A stretch of DNA of 64,000 nt from contig NW_021832859.1 in NCBI RefSeq assembly GCF_006345805.1, positions 1-64,000 of the forward strand, given 5' to 3'. The position numbers were made by a program, and so were the translations under genes. Below are positions 36,351 through 49,439 of the stretch, one piece after another (position 1 is the stretch's first letter; every line of letters starts with the position of its first letter). Below the pieces are notes generated by a model. The model did not search any database. It was not told the DNA's origin and was given only the letters and a program-made list of their open reading frames with translations. This DNA comes from Octopus sinensis. Taxonomy: Eukaryota.

Positions 36351-37195
36351 AAATAAAATTCCAAGCAGCGGGGCAAATGAGTACGAACACAAACAAGACG
36401 TAACAATAAAACTGCAAAATTAAAATACATGTACAAAAACAAACACACAAGAGGACGAACGAAAAAGCCTTTTTTCTGGCATAGACAAACAATAAAACTG
36501 CAAAAATAAAATTACATGTACAAAAAATACAATTAGTTACAAAACGAGAAAATAAAAAGAATACGATACAGGAAATCAACCACATGGGGGGGGGGTCGAA
36601 CGAAAAAGCCTTTTGCTGGCAAAGACGAAAAGTATAGTAGCAGCGCGTGGAGGCAGTCTTTTCAATAGTGAGAACCACGTGTAAAGGAATTTTGTTTTAT
36701 AAGCAAAGAAGGAGGAAAGAAGAGGGGGACACGTGCGTGTTTATGTGCATACATACATACATACATACATATATATACAAATGGGGAGCGTTTACGAAAA
36801 AAAATACGAAGAGAGGAGGTGTACAAAACAAACAGATGTATTAGTATAACGGTCAGGAAGAGAAAAAGTATTTTATGTTTCGATCCTACGCTCTTCTACA
36901 GAAAGGGACACAGAAAAAACGAGAGAAACAAGGGGAGAAAAAAGGGTGTGTGTAGTGGCTAAATGAGTTTGAGGGTATATATTATCCTAGCAGTAATCGT
37001 GTTTCCTCTCAGGTCGGTTTCAGATGCCGTGTAACTACAACGGTCCTGTTGAAACTGCACTGGCCCTGATGGTAGGCTACATAGGCAACAGTGTGCAGTC
37101 GCTGCAGTTGAAACACGTGTAGGTCCCGAAAAATGTTGTAAATAACTGAATACACTTATGGATGAGAAAAATCTCCGTTTTCATTATTAATACTA

Positions 37196-37713
37196 CATGT
37201 GTGTTTGTATGTGTACATATGCATGTGTGTTTGTGTGTGTACATATGCATGTGTGTTTGTGTGTGTACATATGCATGTGTGTTTGTGTGTGTACATATGC
37301 ATGTGTGTTTGTGTGTGTACATATGCATGTGTGTTTGTGTGTGTACATATGCATGTGTGTTTGTGTGTGTACATATGCATGTGTGTTTGTGTGTACATAT
37401 GCATGTGTGTTTGTGTGTGTACATATGCATGTGTGTTTGTGTGTGTACATATGCATGTGTGTTTGTGTGTGTACATATGCACGCGTGTTTGTGTGTGTAC
37501 ATATGCATGTGTGTTTGTGTGTGTACATATGCATGTGTGTTTGTGTGTGTACATATGCAAGTGTGTTTGTGTGTGTACATATGCATGTGTGTTTGTGTGT
37601 GTACATATGCATGTGTGTGTACATATGCATGTGTGTTTGTGTGTGTACATATGCATGTGTGTTTGTGTGTGTACATATGCATGTGTGTTTGTGTGTGTAC
37701 ATATGCATGTGCG
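37196..37713. repeat. 26-bp minisatellite (gtgtgtttgtgtgtgtacatatgcat), ~20 units
   Basis: Direct reading; highly homogeneous units. Confidence 0.95.
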
Positions 37714-38197
37714 TATAAATAATAAAGCAAATCCTACTCCTCCATACTCAACATTAAAACCTGAAACTAACTCTGACTCCCCTTCAGCAAAATCAAAAGG
37801 AGCTCGATGAGTCTCCGCAATTATCGACACAACCCACATTATAAATATAAAAAAATTAACAAAAAAAATTCAACAAATATACTGATATTTTAATAAATTT
37901 ACTAAACTAATACTTCCCACCAACAACAAACAACTCATTAAAATTAAAGATATCCTAACCTCATAAGAAATTCTTTGAGCAACTGCACGCACAGACCCTA
38001 ATAAAGCATACTTAGAATTGGAAAATCAACCGGCACCCATAACACAATAAACACCAATACTAGAAATACATAAAAACATCATCATACTTATCCCCCCCAT
38101 CCTTACAAAAAAATATCCATTATATAATATTCACAAAAATAAAGCAAAAAATAAACTTAAAAATGGACAAACTAAAAAGGGAAAATAATTAACTAAA
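37714..38197 (-). pseudogene. nad1: NUMT: internal fragment of mitochondrial NADH dehydrogenase subunit 1
   Basis: Minus strand, invertebrate mitochondrial code, open throughout: LVNYFPFLVCPFLSLFFALFLWMLY...[27 protein letters not shown]...[35 protein letters not shown] (canonical ND1 motifs; TGA read as Trp). Confidence 0.95.
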
Positions 38198-38415
38198 GTA
38201 TACGGTTCGAAGTGTGCTTTCAGAATCTTGATACTAGAAGCTATGCAGTAGGATCGACCCTGCAAACATCTGCTTTGCGAAACTTGTACCTTCTTATGAA
38301 TAGACAGAATGGTAAAGACTTGTGGAATAGAGTTTTAGGACAAATGAGTGATTTGAGTGTGATTTCGCTGCGATTACTAAGTCGATTTACCATGTTGAAC
38401 TCCTTCCATAGACTC
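38194..38415 (+). repeat. ~220-bp repeat with an inverted copy at 40788-41009
   Basis: Both yield the near-identical ORF text MCFQNLDTRSYAVGSTLQTS...FTMLNSF on opposite strands. Confidence 0.9.
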
Positions 38416-39028
38416 GTCAATATATGTTAGTTGTCAGTACTGTTTATATAACAACCTGTGTTTGAATATGGTTGCGCGCATGTAAGTCTCTCGGTACATG
38501 TATATATGTTTGCACTTTCGATTGCATAATTTGAGAATTTGTATTCTTATGAGTTTTAAAAATATATTAGTTTTTTTTTTTCCTGTGTAATGGAAAAAAG
38601 AAATAACTTTCAGATCAAATTTCGTTTGCTATAGAGATGGAAGTTAATTGATTTTTTTTTTACTTTACTTCTTGGAGATGGCAGAGATCTGTAGACGGCT
38701 TGACAAAAGTCTCTTTTCAGACAGGAATATGTTTTGCAAACATCATTGGTCATATAAACAAGGAATCTGATGTAAAGGTTGTGATATGCATTAGTTGTTT
38801 AGTGATGTGTTATTTCCATTGACAGGCTGATAGAAAAAATCAAAAACAAAATGCAAAGAAAAAAACACAAAAAAAGTGCCTTGAGGTATATAGTTGCGAA
38901 GAATATAGCTGAGGGAGAATTGCCTCAGGGAAGCGTTCTGCATACGAAATGTACACACGTTAGTGTCTCACATATGTAAATATAGTGATTGAAAAAGTTT
39001 GATCAACTAAGTTTAAGCTACTAGTGAC

Positions 39029-39093
39029 AAACACTTGCTCAAAGAGTCTTTAAATTTCTAAAGCGACAAGGGAATAACTGCAATGAGCTTTTA

Positions 39094-39164
<71 letters not shown>

Positions 39165-39378
39165 ATGTTTATATACCATTTTTCGCATTTTTACTTCTTA
39201 TCTTATATTTGTAATTTTTTATTTGAATTTTTATCTGAATTATGGCTTGTACTGTAGGTTCCAGCGAACCTAATTTACACGTACCTATTTTACACATACT
39301 TATGGGTTTAAAAAACACTTGCTCAAAGAGTCTTTAAATTTCTAAAGCGACAAGGGAGATAACTGCAATGAGCTTTTA

Positions 39379-39455
<77 letters not shown>

Positions 39456-39675
39456 ATATGTTTATATACCATTTTTCGCATTTTTACTTCTTATCTTATA
39501 TTTGTAATTTTTTATTTGAATTTTTATCTGAATTATGGCTTGTACTGTAGGTTCCAGCGAACCTAATTTACACGTACCTATTTTACACATACTTATGGTT
39601 TAAAAAACACTTGCTCAAGAGTCTTTAAATTTCTAAAGCGACAAGGGAGATAACTGCAATGAGCTTTTAATATAA

Positions 39676-39706
<31 letters not shown>

Positions 39707-39862
39707 ATGTGTGTTTATATACCATTTTTCGCATTTTTACTTCTTATCTTATATTGTAATTTTTTATTTGAATTTTTATATCTGAATTATGGCTTGTACT
39801 GTAGGTTCCAGCGAACCTAATTTACATGTACCTATTTTACACATACTTATGGGTTTAAAAAA
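39029..39862. repeat. Three tandem ~260-290-bp units, each with an internal (TA)n
   Basis: Units start aaacacttgctcaa(a)gagtc at ~39029, ~39313, ~39605 and differ mainly in TA length and homopolymer indels. Confidence 0.95.
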
Positions 39863-40094
39863 AATAAAATATAGTTTATAGTATTGAACGATGATAAAGT
39901 GATATAAGGGCCTGATGATTGGGGTTACATTTTAAGAAGAGTTCCAGCAAAACACGGAGTGGTTTAGGAACCGGGAAATGTACCTCATGAAACACGAAAT
40001 GAAATGTACCTATAAAACAGTAGGTATTTAAAATAAAAATTCTGTTTTATATAGTGAGATTAAGGGGCCTACTATCTTTAAATGAATATATATT

Positions 40095-40156
<62 letters not shown>

Positions 40157-40395
40157 TAAGGGTAGAAATCAATATTTATCAATTAAAACCAGTGGTCTAG
40201 CATATTAAAAAAAAGAATCCGAAGATTAAATATTTATATATACCAATTAAGGACTGAACACGAAAAGTGGACAGTCAACATGCTAGATATAGACGTCAAA
40301 TCGCCATCCTCCACAAAAGATTATGTTCTCAAATCAAACTCATCACAAACCCAAGCAATAAACAAGGGAAAATATACGAAATACAATACTTATCC

Positions 40396-40455
40396 ATGTA
40401 CTGATCAGTTTCGGCTATTATTATCCGCAAGGTTACCTGTAGCCTTCGTCAGCAT
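40396..40455 (-). ncRNA. Type I hammerhead ribozyme at the start of a Penelope-like terminal repeat (~40148-40455)
   Basis: Minus strand: ATG-CTGACGA-A-GGCTA...TAGCC-GAAA-CTGATCAGT-A-CAT; stem II GGCTA/TAGCC, palindromic stem III ACTGATCAGT, GUA site. Confidence 0.75.
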
Positions 40456-41162
40456 ATATATATATATATGCAGTAGAATGTAGAAACGACTTGTGATAGA
40501 AAAAAAAAACCAAGCTGTTTCGGTTTTATTAAGCGTCCTCTTAGCTGTAAACTTCATGAAAGCTACAAGCTGCATTGTGGATGTTATCAAATGTTTTGGT
40601 TAACTGATGTTATTAGATTTACCTCCCTTGTTAGTTGTCTTTAGATTTTAACAACCACCAAACAGAACGTTGTATATTTATTGCTTCGACATTTCTGTTG
40701 ATGGCAGTTTTAGAACTTACTCTATAGCATATATAACTACCTTATTTGTATCAATTTTTATTTTTGTGTTTTCGGTGACGTTCCTTTGAGTCTATAGAAG
40801 GAGTTCAACATAGTAAATCGAGTTAGTAATCGCAGCAAAATCACACTCAAATCATTCATTTGTCGTAAAACTCTATTCCACAAATCTTTACCATTCTGTC
40901 TATTAATAAGAAGGTACAAGTTTCGCAAAACAGAAGTTTGCAGGGTCGATCCTACTGCATAGCTTCTAGTATCAAGATTCTGAAAGCACACTTTGAACAG
41001 TATACTTTATGTAAGGAAATTTTGTGTATGCTTTTAAATCTTTTCGGAGTCGATAAATTAAGAACCAATCGATCACTGGGATCAATGCAATCGACTTTAC
41101 TCCTTCTCAGAAATTGCCGACCTTATATTAAAGTTTGAAACCAGTATTGGTACTGATACTAA

Positions 41163-41590
41163 GGCGGCGAGCTGGACGAAATGCTTAGCGGCATTTTGTC
41201 CGTCATTACATTCTGAGTTCAAATTCCACCCGGGTCAACATTTCTTTTCATCATTCCGGGGTCGGTAAAATAGGTACCAGTTGTGCACTGGGGTCGCTGT
41301 AATCTGTTTCTTTACTACCCACAAGGGGCTAAACACAGAGGGGACAAACAAGGACAGACAAACGGATTAAGTCGATTATATCGACCCCAGTGTGTAACTG
41401 GTACTTAACTTATCGACCCTGAAAGGATGAATGGCAAAGTCGACCTCGGCAGAATTTGAACTCAGAACGTAACAGCAGCCGAAATACCGCTAGGCATTCC
41501 GGCTGGCGTGCTAACGATTCTGCCAGCTCGCCGCCTTGCGAGCTGTAATCGATTTACACCCTTCTCCGAAATTGCCGGCATTGTGCCAAA
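41163..41590 (+). mobile_element. Older SINE family B with a younger antisense family B (41305-41541) nested inside, 9-bp TSD
   Basis: TSD gctgtaatc at 41296-41304 and 41542-41550; the host sequence resumes after the TSD. Confidence 0.85.
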
Positions 41591-42208
41591 ATTTGTAACC
41601 AATATTTATCTGTAATAAATTCGTTAATACTAGAGCTGATATCAACAGGTCTGTGACGACGCAATTTTCCCAGTCTTCAAGAAATCTACCGCAAAGCCAG
41701 AAATATATTACACTAACACTGTGATAAGAACGGTAAATTGATTGTATGAATAGGACGAGAGAAAAAATTACTTCAAGGCAATTAGTTATATCTTGTTATG
41801 TCCCGAATAAAAAGTAAAGAGGAAGAAAACGCGTCTCCCTTTCATCTCTCTGGTTGCAATACAGTAAATTAACAATACGTTGTGATGGATATAAACAGCT
41901 AAACATTATCTCTGTTATGGGCAATTGCTCAATCTAGTCTTGACGATTAAATTTGTCATAACGTATACCAATGGAATTTAACGTATATTAAATGACCCTA
42001 AAACAGAGTTTTTAACAGTTTATAAACGGCATTCCATTTCTTGAGACACCACTTGGCACAAATATAAAATATGTCCACTTTGTATTTTTCTGAAGGATAG
42101 ACTGATTTTCAGGGCATTACTTAAGGTAAATCTGTTGGTCATGCATCATTGAACACTGTTCTCTACTTCTAGAAGTTTCATACATCACCTATTCCGAAAT
42201 ACTAAACA

Positions 42209-42695
42209 TCTATATATATAAAACTCAACTTGTGTGTCTGTGTGTTTAACTTCCCGGCACATCTCCTCCTAGCCAAAAAAATCGTAGAACCACCAAAAAT
42301 GGGTCACTTAAAGTTTAGGCAAATGAAAATTGAACTGCGCTATTTCAGTTCCGAAATTCATCTCGCAAGTGCAAAAATCGATAATGTGTTTGTTTAGGCC
42401 TTATCCCATGCATTGAATAGTGAACTTTACTCACTCAGTTGTTTGACGTGAACTGTGTTCACCACGCGTGTAAGCATGCGTAAATTGCATGAAAGATAAA
42501 AAAATCAAGATATAAAAATGAATCGCCGTAAACATTGTAGAAATTCGGCTAAGAAATGAGTTTTCGGGATGTAGCCTGGAGGGTTTGTTCGTATTAATCT
42601 TTTGGACTTTGTGAACACATACCAATTGTTTTCATAACATTTTTAACGCTTTGAATTAAATGTGACCATTTTGCAAAGCCGGGCAATACTGCTAG
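42209..42695 (+). mobile_element. Non-autonomous Helitron-like element
   Basis: A|TCTATATATATAAA 5' end, 3' gccgggcaatactgCTAG|T; inserted in an A-T dinucleotide without TSD. Confidence 0.75.
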
Positions 42696-43094
42696 TTTAG
42701 AAATAAACCATCACTATAAAACTTGTGATATTAATACATTTCCCAGTTATTTTCTTATAATTAATGTCGTTATTATTTTTGACAATGAAACTTCGGTGAG
42801 GTATGCATATGCAGCATCCATGACTCTGGTTGTTTAAACTCTCCGTAAGTACATGGAGGAGAGGAAACGCGTATTTTCACACCGTAGTATTTCTATACCA
42901 TTTATAATTTTACTCAATTGGATCCCCATAGTTATTCCATGTCTAAAAGTCTTGTTATATTTTTATACTCAAATGTTATTAGAAAAGTATAAAAATATTG
43001 TTAGAATATTTTGTGCATAAAAATATTGTTAGAATATTTTGTGCATTGTAAAAGTATTAACCAATTTATCACAAATATTGATTTTACATTTTGG

Positions 43095-43290
43095 CACAAG
43101 ACCAGCAAGTTCAGGATAGAAGTAAAGTCTATCACATCGAACACAGTACCTCAACTGGTACTTTTGTTATCGATCCGGAAATATAAAATGCGAAGTTGAC
43201 TTCGATGGAATTTGAACTCAGAAACTAAAGACGGGCAAAATATCGCTTAGCTTCTCGCTCGGTGTGCGAAAGATTCTCTCGGCTCACGCC
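43095..43290 (-). mobile_element. Old SINE family B copy
   Basis: aactggtacttttgttatcgatcc...gaatttgaactcagaa is the reverse complement of the family B body. Confidence 0.7.
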
Positions 43291-43480
43291 ATATTACTGA
43301 TGAATTTTAACAACAAAATCCTATATGGATCTCTACCCCAAGGGCCATATAGGCCCCAGTTGACAACATTACTTCTATTTTATGAATACGTGATCACCGC
43401 AAAAGTCAAACCCGGACCAACTTGTGGTGTTAAACCGAGCGACGGATGAAGTCTGCCGTTGATTTTTATATTGGTTATAG

Positions 43481-43610
43481 AAGCAGCTGAGGTCGCCCAA
43501 AGTTGGCGGGTATGAAATACTTGGTGTGAACTCGGGAATAGATAATGCCACATGGTGCACTGCTAATTGGAATCGAGCAGGGATTTGTTCAACGTTCACA
43601 AGATTGCCAG
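43481..43610 (+). CDS. Candidate isolated 130-nt exon (unidentified)
   Basis: Acceptor tttttatattggttatag, donor CAG|gtgagg, one open frame KQLRSPKVGGYEILGVNSGIDNATWCTANWNRAGICSTFTRLP, GC above background; no homology recognised. Confidence 0.25.
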
Positions 43611-44069
43611 GTGAGGGATTTTTTGATTGGAAGACACGAAACGCCCGAAGAACCTTAGGAAACATTACTTACGATGCGCATAAACATAGTGCATGACGTC
43701 TTCAAAAACTCTCTCCTTCCATTCTCTTTTCAGTCTAAATAGTTATTGAACTTTTGCGAAAGTATATAAAAAAAAAAAAAATTGCCAGTATGTTACCGCA
43801 CATCCTTTAAATACAGACAAAATTTTCAAAGAACAAAAAGTCAGTTTAAAAAAAAAATAAAATCGTTTCTAACACAAATATTGTTCAGTATATTTCTTCT
43901 AAATGAGAAACAAATCAATACAAAATAATATTCTGACGATTACTACCTCTCTATATACAGTTGCTTCAGTGGGTGATTACGCAAATTAGGTAACTCTGTA
44001 AGTATAGGGAAAAACATAGGAGAAATTCGTAGAGAAGAAATTTAAATTTGCTTATTACATGATTTCTCC

Positions 44070-44127
44070 GCGGGCATATATATATATATATAAAAGTGCA
44101 TATATATGATGTCTATATATGTACATG

Positions 44128-44158
<31 letters not shown>

Positions 44159-44166
44159 TATATACG

Positions 44167-44200
<34 letters not shown>

Positions 44201-44264
44201 GATATATACATATATAATATATATATATAATATATAATATATAATATATATGTATATATATATA

Positions 44265-44303
<39 letters not shown>

Positions 44304-44407
44304 GTATATATGTATATATGTATATATGTATATATTATATATATTATATATATATATAATATATTATATATATATATATATATGTGTATATATATATAAT
44401 ATATATA

Positions 44408-44450
<43 letters not shown>

Positions 44451-44453
44451 GTA

Positions 44454-44519
<66 letters not shown>

Positions 44520-44520
44520 C

Positions 44521-44570
<50 letters not shown>

Positions 44571-44611
44571 TATATATATACATATATATTATATATATAT
44601 ATATATATATA

Positions 44612-44676
<65 letters not shown>

Positions 44677-44707
44677 TATCATATATATATATATACTATA
44701 TATATAT

Positions 44708-44752
<45 letters not shown>

Positions 44753-44759
44753 TATATAT

Positions 44760-44793
<34 letters not shown>

Positions 44794-44925
44794 ATATATA
44801 TATATATATATTATATATATATATGTATATATATGTATATATGTATATATATATATATATACATATATATACATATATATATATAATATATATATATATA
44901 TTATATACATATATATAATATATAC

Positions 44926-44956
<31 letters not shown>

Positions 44957-44959
44957 GAT

Positions 44960-45008
<49 letters not shown>

Positions 45009-45152
45009 ATATATATATATATAATACATATATATATATATATATATATACATATATATATAATATATATATACATATATAACATATATATATATTATTA
45101 TATATATATATATATACAATATATATATATATTATACATATATAACATAATA

Positions 45153-45204
<52 letters not shown>

Positions 45205-45306
45205 TATACATATATATATATTATATATACATAATATATATATATATATATATAGTATTATATATATATGTGTATATATATAATATATATATACATATAT
45301 TATATA

Positions 45307-45337
<31 letters not shown>

Positions 45338-45430
45338 ATATAATATATATATACATATAATATATATATATATATATATTCTATATATACATATATAATA
45401 TATATAATATACATATATACATATATATAT

Positions 45431-45464
<34 letters not shown>

Positions 45465-45475
45465 CATATATATAC

Positions 45476-45522
<47 letters not shown>

Positions 45523-45600
45523 ATATTATATATATATATATATACACACATATATATGTGTGTGTGTGTGTGTATAAGTACACACACATATATAAATGTA
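44070..45600. repeat. ~1.5-kb degenerate (TA)n tract
   Basis: Direct reading. Confidence 0.95.
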
Positions 45601-46052
45601 TGTATCTACATGGATACATGCATGCTTACATACATATAAATATGCTATTATGAGTGTGTATATTATACCCACAGAAAAATTCATGTAATAAACGAATTTA
45701 CATTTCTACTGCAAGCGTTGATCTCACTTGTGTGTGTGTATGTGTATGTGTGTGTGTGTGTGCTCGTCTGTGTCGATGTACGTATGTGTGAGCGCGCATA
45801 TATGTATATACATACATACGTGCATACACACACACTCACAAGCACACACATACAGACGCACACGCGCACATATACATACATGTTTGTCTGTGTTTGTGCA
45901 TACGTAGGAATGTAGATCGCACGCCTGTGCAGTTTCTTGACAGTAGATGTCATTGCAAACGATATTGAGTGTTGAGGGAAATGATTACATTAATACATAA
46001 ATCTAAAACACAAGACTGATTGATAGTAAGTTCGCATGATCGCATACGATTC

Positions 46053-46053
46053 C

Positions 46054-46127
<74 letters not shown>

Positions 46128-46278
46128 TTCTTTCTCTCTATCTATCTATCTATCTATCTATTTATCTATTTATCTATCTATCTATCTATCTATCTATTTA
46201 TCTATCTATCAATCTACCTATTTCTTTCTTTCTTTCTATATATCTATCTATCTAACTATTTCTTTCTATCTATCTATT

Positions 46279-46343
<65 letters not shown>

Positions 46344-46352
46344 TTCTTTCTC

Positions 46353-46429
<77 letters not shown>

Positions 46430-46554
46430 TTCTTTCTATCTATTTCTATCTATCTATCTATCTATCTATATCTATCTATCAATCTACATATTTCTTTCTT
46501 TCTATCTATCTATATATTTCTTTCTATCTATCTATTTCTTTCGATCTATCTATT

Positions 46555-46603
<49 letters not shown>

Positions 46604-46705
46604 TTCTTTCTCTCTATCTATCTATCTATCTATCTATCTATTTATCTATCTATTTCTATCTATCTATCTATCTTTCTTTCTATCTATCTGCCTGCCTGCC
46701 TGCCT
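46053..46705. repeat. (TATC)n/(TTTC)n microsatellite
   Basis: Direct reading. Confidence 0.95.
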
Positions 46706-46929
46706 GCCTGCACGTTTATCAGTCAGTCTACCAAACTTTCTACATTAGTATACGGCCGGAAGCCTTCTCACATAAATAAAACCAAATTGTTTCAATTCCC
46801 AAATCTAAAGGCAACAATGACCTGCTATCTATCAACTCAGCAATTTTTCTAATTTCACTAGAAATAGACTGATTTCCAGAAAAAGAAAGTTACGCAATCT
46901 TAAAGAAATTTATGAGCATATTCCCATAT

Positions 46930-47179
46930 CTATATGAAAAATATATATATATACATATATGTATATGAATATATATATATATGTATATATAGATATATAT
47001 ATATATACATACATATATATATATATTTTTTTTCGAGGTTCAGCTCAGAGCTGCGGCCATGCTGATGCACCGCCGTTGCATGTATAGGAATATTTATATT
47101 TATATATATATATATATGTACATATATGTATATGAATATATATATATATATTATATATATATATATATGTATATGTATA

Positions 47180-47221
<42 letters not shown>

Positions 47222-47246
47222 GTATATGAATATTTATATATATATG

Positions 47247-47340
<94 letters not shown>

Positions 47341-47510
47341 GTGCATATGAATATTTATATATATGTATATGAATATATATATATATATATATACATACAT
47401 TATATATAATATATTATATATATATATATATATACATATATACATATATATATAGATATACATATACATATATACATGCACATATACATACATATATATA
47501 TATATATATT
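46930..47510. repeat. (TA)n tract with an embedded SINE 3'-end fragment at ~47030-47080 (-)
   Basis: cagctcagagctgcggccatgctgatgcaccgccgttg matches the reverse complement of 30207-30245. Confidence 0.85.
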
Positions 47511-47721
47511 TTTTTTTGTTTCATGCACATACATATTGCATGTGTATGCGTACATAAATAGAATAATGAGCAATACTTCATAGTATATTCCTACCAAATA
47601 TTCTTTGTTAATGTTCTTTAGTTAACAAAGTTATGACCTCACTTTTTTCTCGCTTCTTTCGTGTTCAGGTATTCAAATATCTAAGACAATGGCTTTCTGA
47701 TCTTCGCCAATTTGTGTCGAT

Positions 47722-48098
47722 TAGGTGTGGCAGTGTGGTAAGAAAATCGCTCCTCGATGATGTGGTTTTGCGTTCAGTCCCAGAGCATTGCAACTTGGGC
47801 AAATGTCTTTCTGTGTAGCCTCGTACTGACCAAGGCCTTGTGGGGGGATTTGGAAGACGAAAACTGAAAGAAGCCCGTCGTACATATATGTATGTATATA
47901 TCTATGTGTGTCCCCATCACCGCTTGACAACCTGCGTTGGTGTGTTTATGTCCCGTAACTTAGTGGTTCGGCAAAAGAAATCGACAGAATATGAACTAGA
48001 CTTGAAAGCAATAAGTTCTTGGGCCGATATGTTTGACTAAACTCTTCAAGATTGTGCTCCAGCATGGCAACAGTCGAATGACTGAAGCAAGTAAAATA
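47722..48098 (+). mobile_element. Diverged full-length SINE family A
   Basis: Head gtggcagtgtggtaag...cgttcagtccc, centre gaaaactgaaagaagcccgtcg, tail gtgctccagcatggc..cagtc.aatgactgaagcaag. Confidence 0.8.
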
Positions 48099-48704
48099 CA
48101 CACACATATATCTGTGCATTATATTTTACTTACTCCAGTCAATACATGGTGGTCATTGTGGGACACCGCCCTGAGGATTTCAGTCGAATGAATTGACCTC
48201 CATTACTTAAACTTTTGAGCCTGTACTTATCTCTTTGTATCGAACCGGTAAGGTGCAGGGATGTAAACACACAAAGACCGGTTTTCATGTGGTTGCAGGC
48301 AATACACCTAAGTACAATTTCACGCACATACAATTATATACATATATGATGGACTTCGTCACGCTTGGTCAACCGAATGTACCATGGAGTGGAACTGAAA
48401 TCGAACTTACATATATATATATATATATAAGAAGGTTTGGAGATGATGTACCGGTATTTTATATTAGAAGAAATGATGTACTCAGAAATTCGGATGGTTT
48501 TATATTTACAGATATTTATTTGTATATTACATGTTTTTATATATCATAGTATATATATATTAGCGCTTTCGTCCATTCTTGTGCAGTTTCAGAATTTCTT
48601 ATATATATATATATAAAATATGTCTGCTATATGAATACACACACGCACACACATATGAGTCTGCCATAATGAATCCATAAGCACATATATAAAACATCGT
48701 GTGT

Positions 48705-49073
48705 GGAGGCGCAATGGCCCAGTCGTTAGGGCAGCGGGCTCGCGGTTTCGATTCCCAGACCGGGCGTTGTGAGTGTTTATTGAGCGAAAACACCTAAAGC
48801 TCCACGAGGCTCCGGCAGGGGATGGTGGTGATCCCTGCTGTAATCTTTCACCACAACTTTCTCTCACTCTTACTTCCTGTTTCTGTTGTACCTGTATTTC
48901 AAAGGGCCAGCCTTGTCACTCTCTGTGTCACGCTGAATATCCCCGAGAACTACGTTAAGGGTGCACGTGTCTGTGGAGTGCTCAGCCACTTACACGTTAA
49001 TTTCACGAGCAGGCTGTTCCGTTGATTCGGATCAACCGGAACCCTCGTCGTCGTAACCGACGGAGTGCTTCCC
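48705..49073 (+). mobile_element. Full-length SINE with family D head and family C tail
   Basis: Head as 35358-35200 (-); from ttgtacctgtatttcaaagggcc onward it matches 9890-10073; imperfect TSD atataaaa(c/t)atc. Confidence 0.85.
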
Positions 49074-49439
49074 CATATAAAATATCTAAAGGTATATTTT
49101 TCACTCTGAAGATTGTTATGCTCAGGGCATAAGAACTTAATAGTTAATTAATTCACTGAGTGTTAATTGAAACAAATGTGAGGGGTGGCGATTGATTTGT
49201 TGTTAATAAACAATTATTAACTTCTTAATTTCCATTTTCTTTTTCGCCTTTTATATGATTATAAACTATAGGTTTTTATAAATGCACCATTATTTTAAGG
49301 AAATTAACTCTCCCAAAATATTGAGTATTCAACCAGTATTCCCTTGCATGACACCATCCCTTATTGTGACTAACATAACCTCTACCCGTTTATGTGTTTG
49401 TGTCTATGTGTGTGTGCGTGCATGTGTGTGTTTATATGA

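Noticed and set aside
37196-37713. Regular array as possible CRISPR
   Set aside because: Head-to-tail identical units with no unique spacers, in a eukaryotic context.
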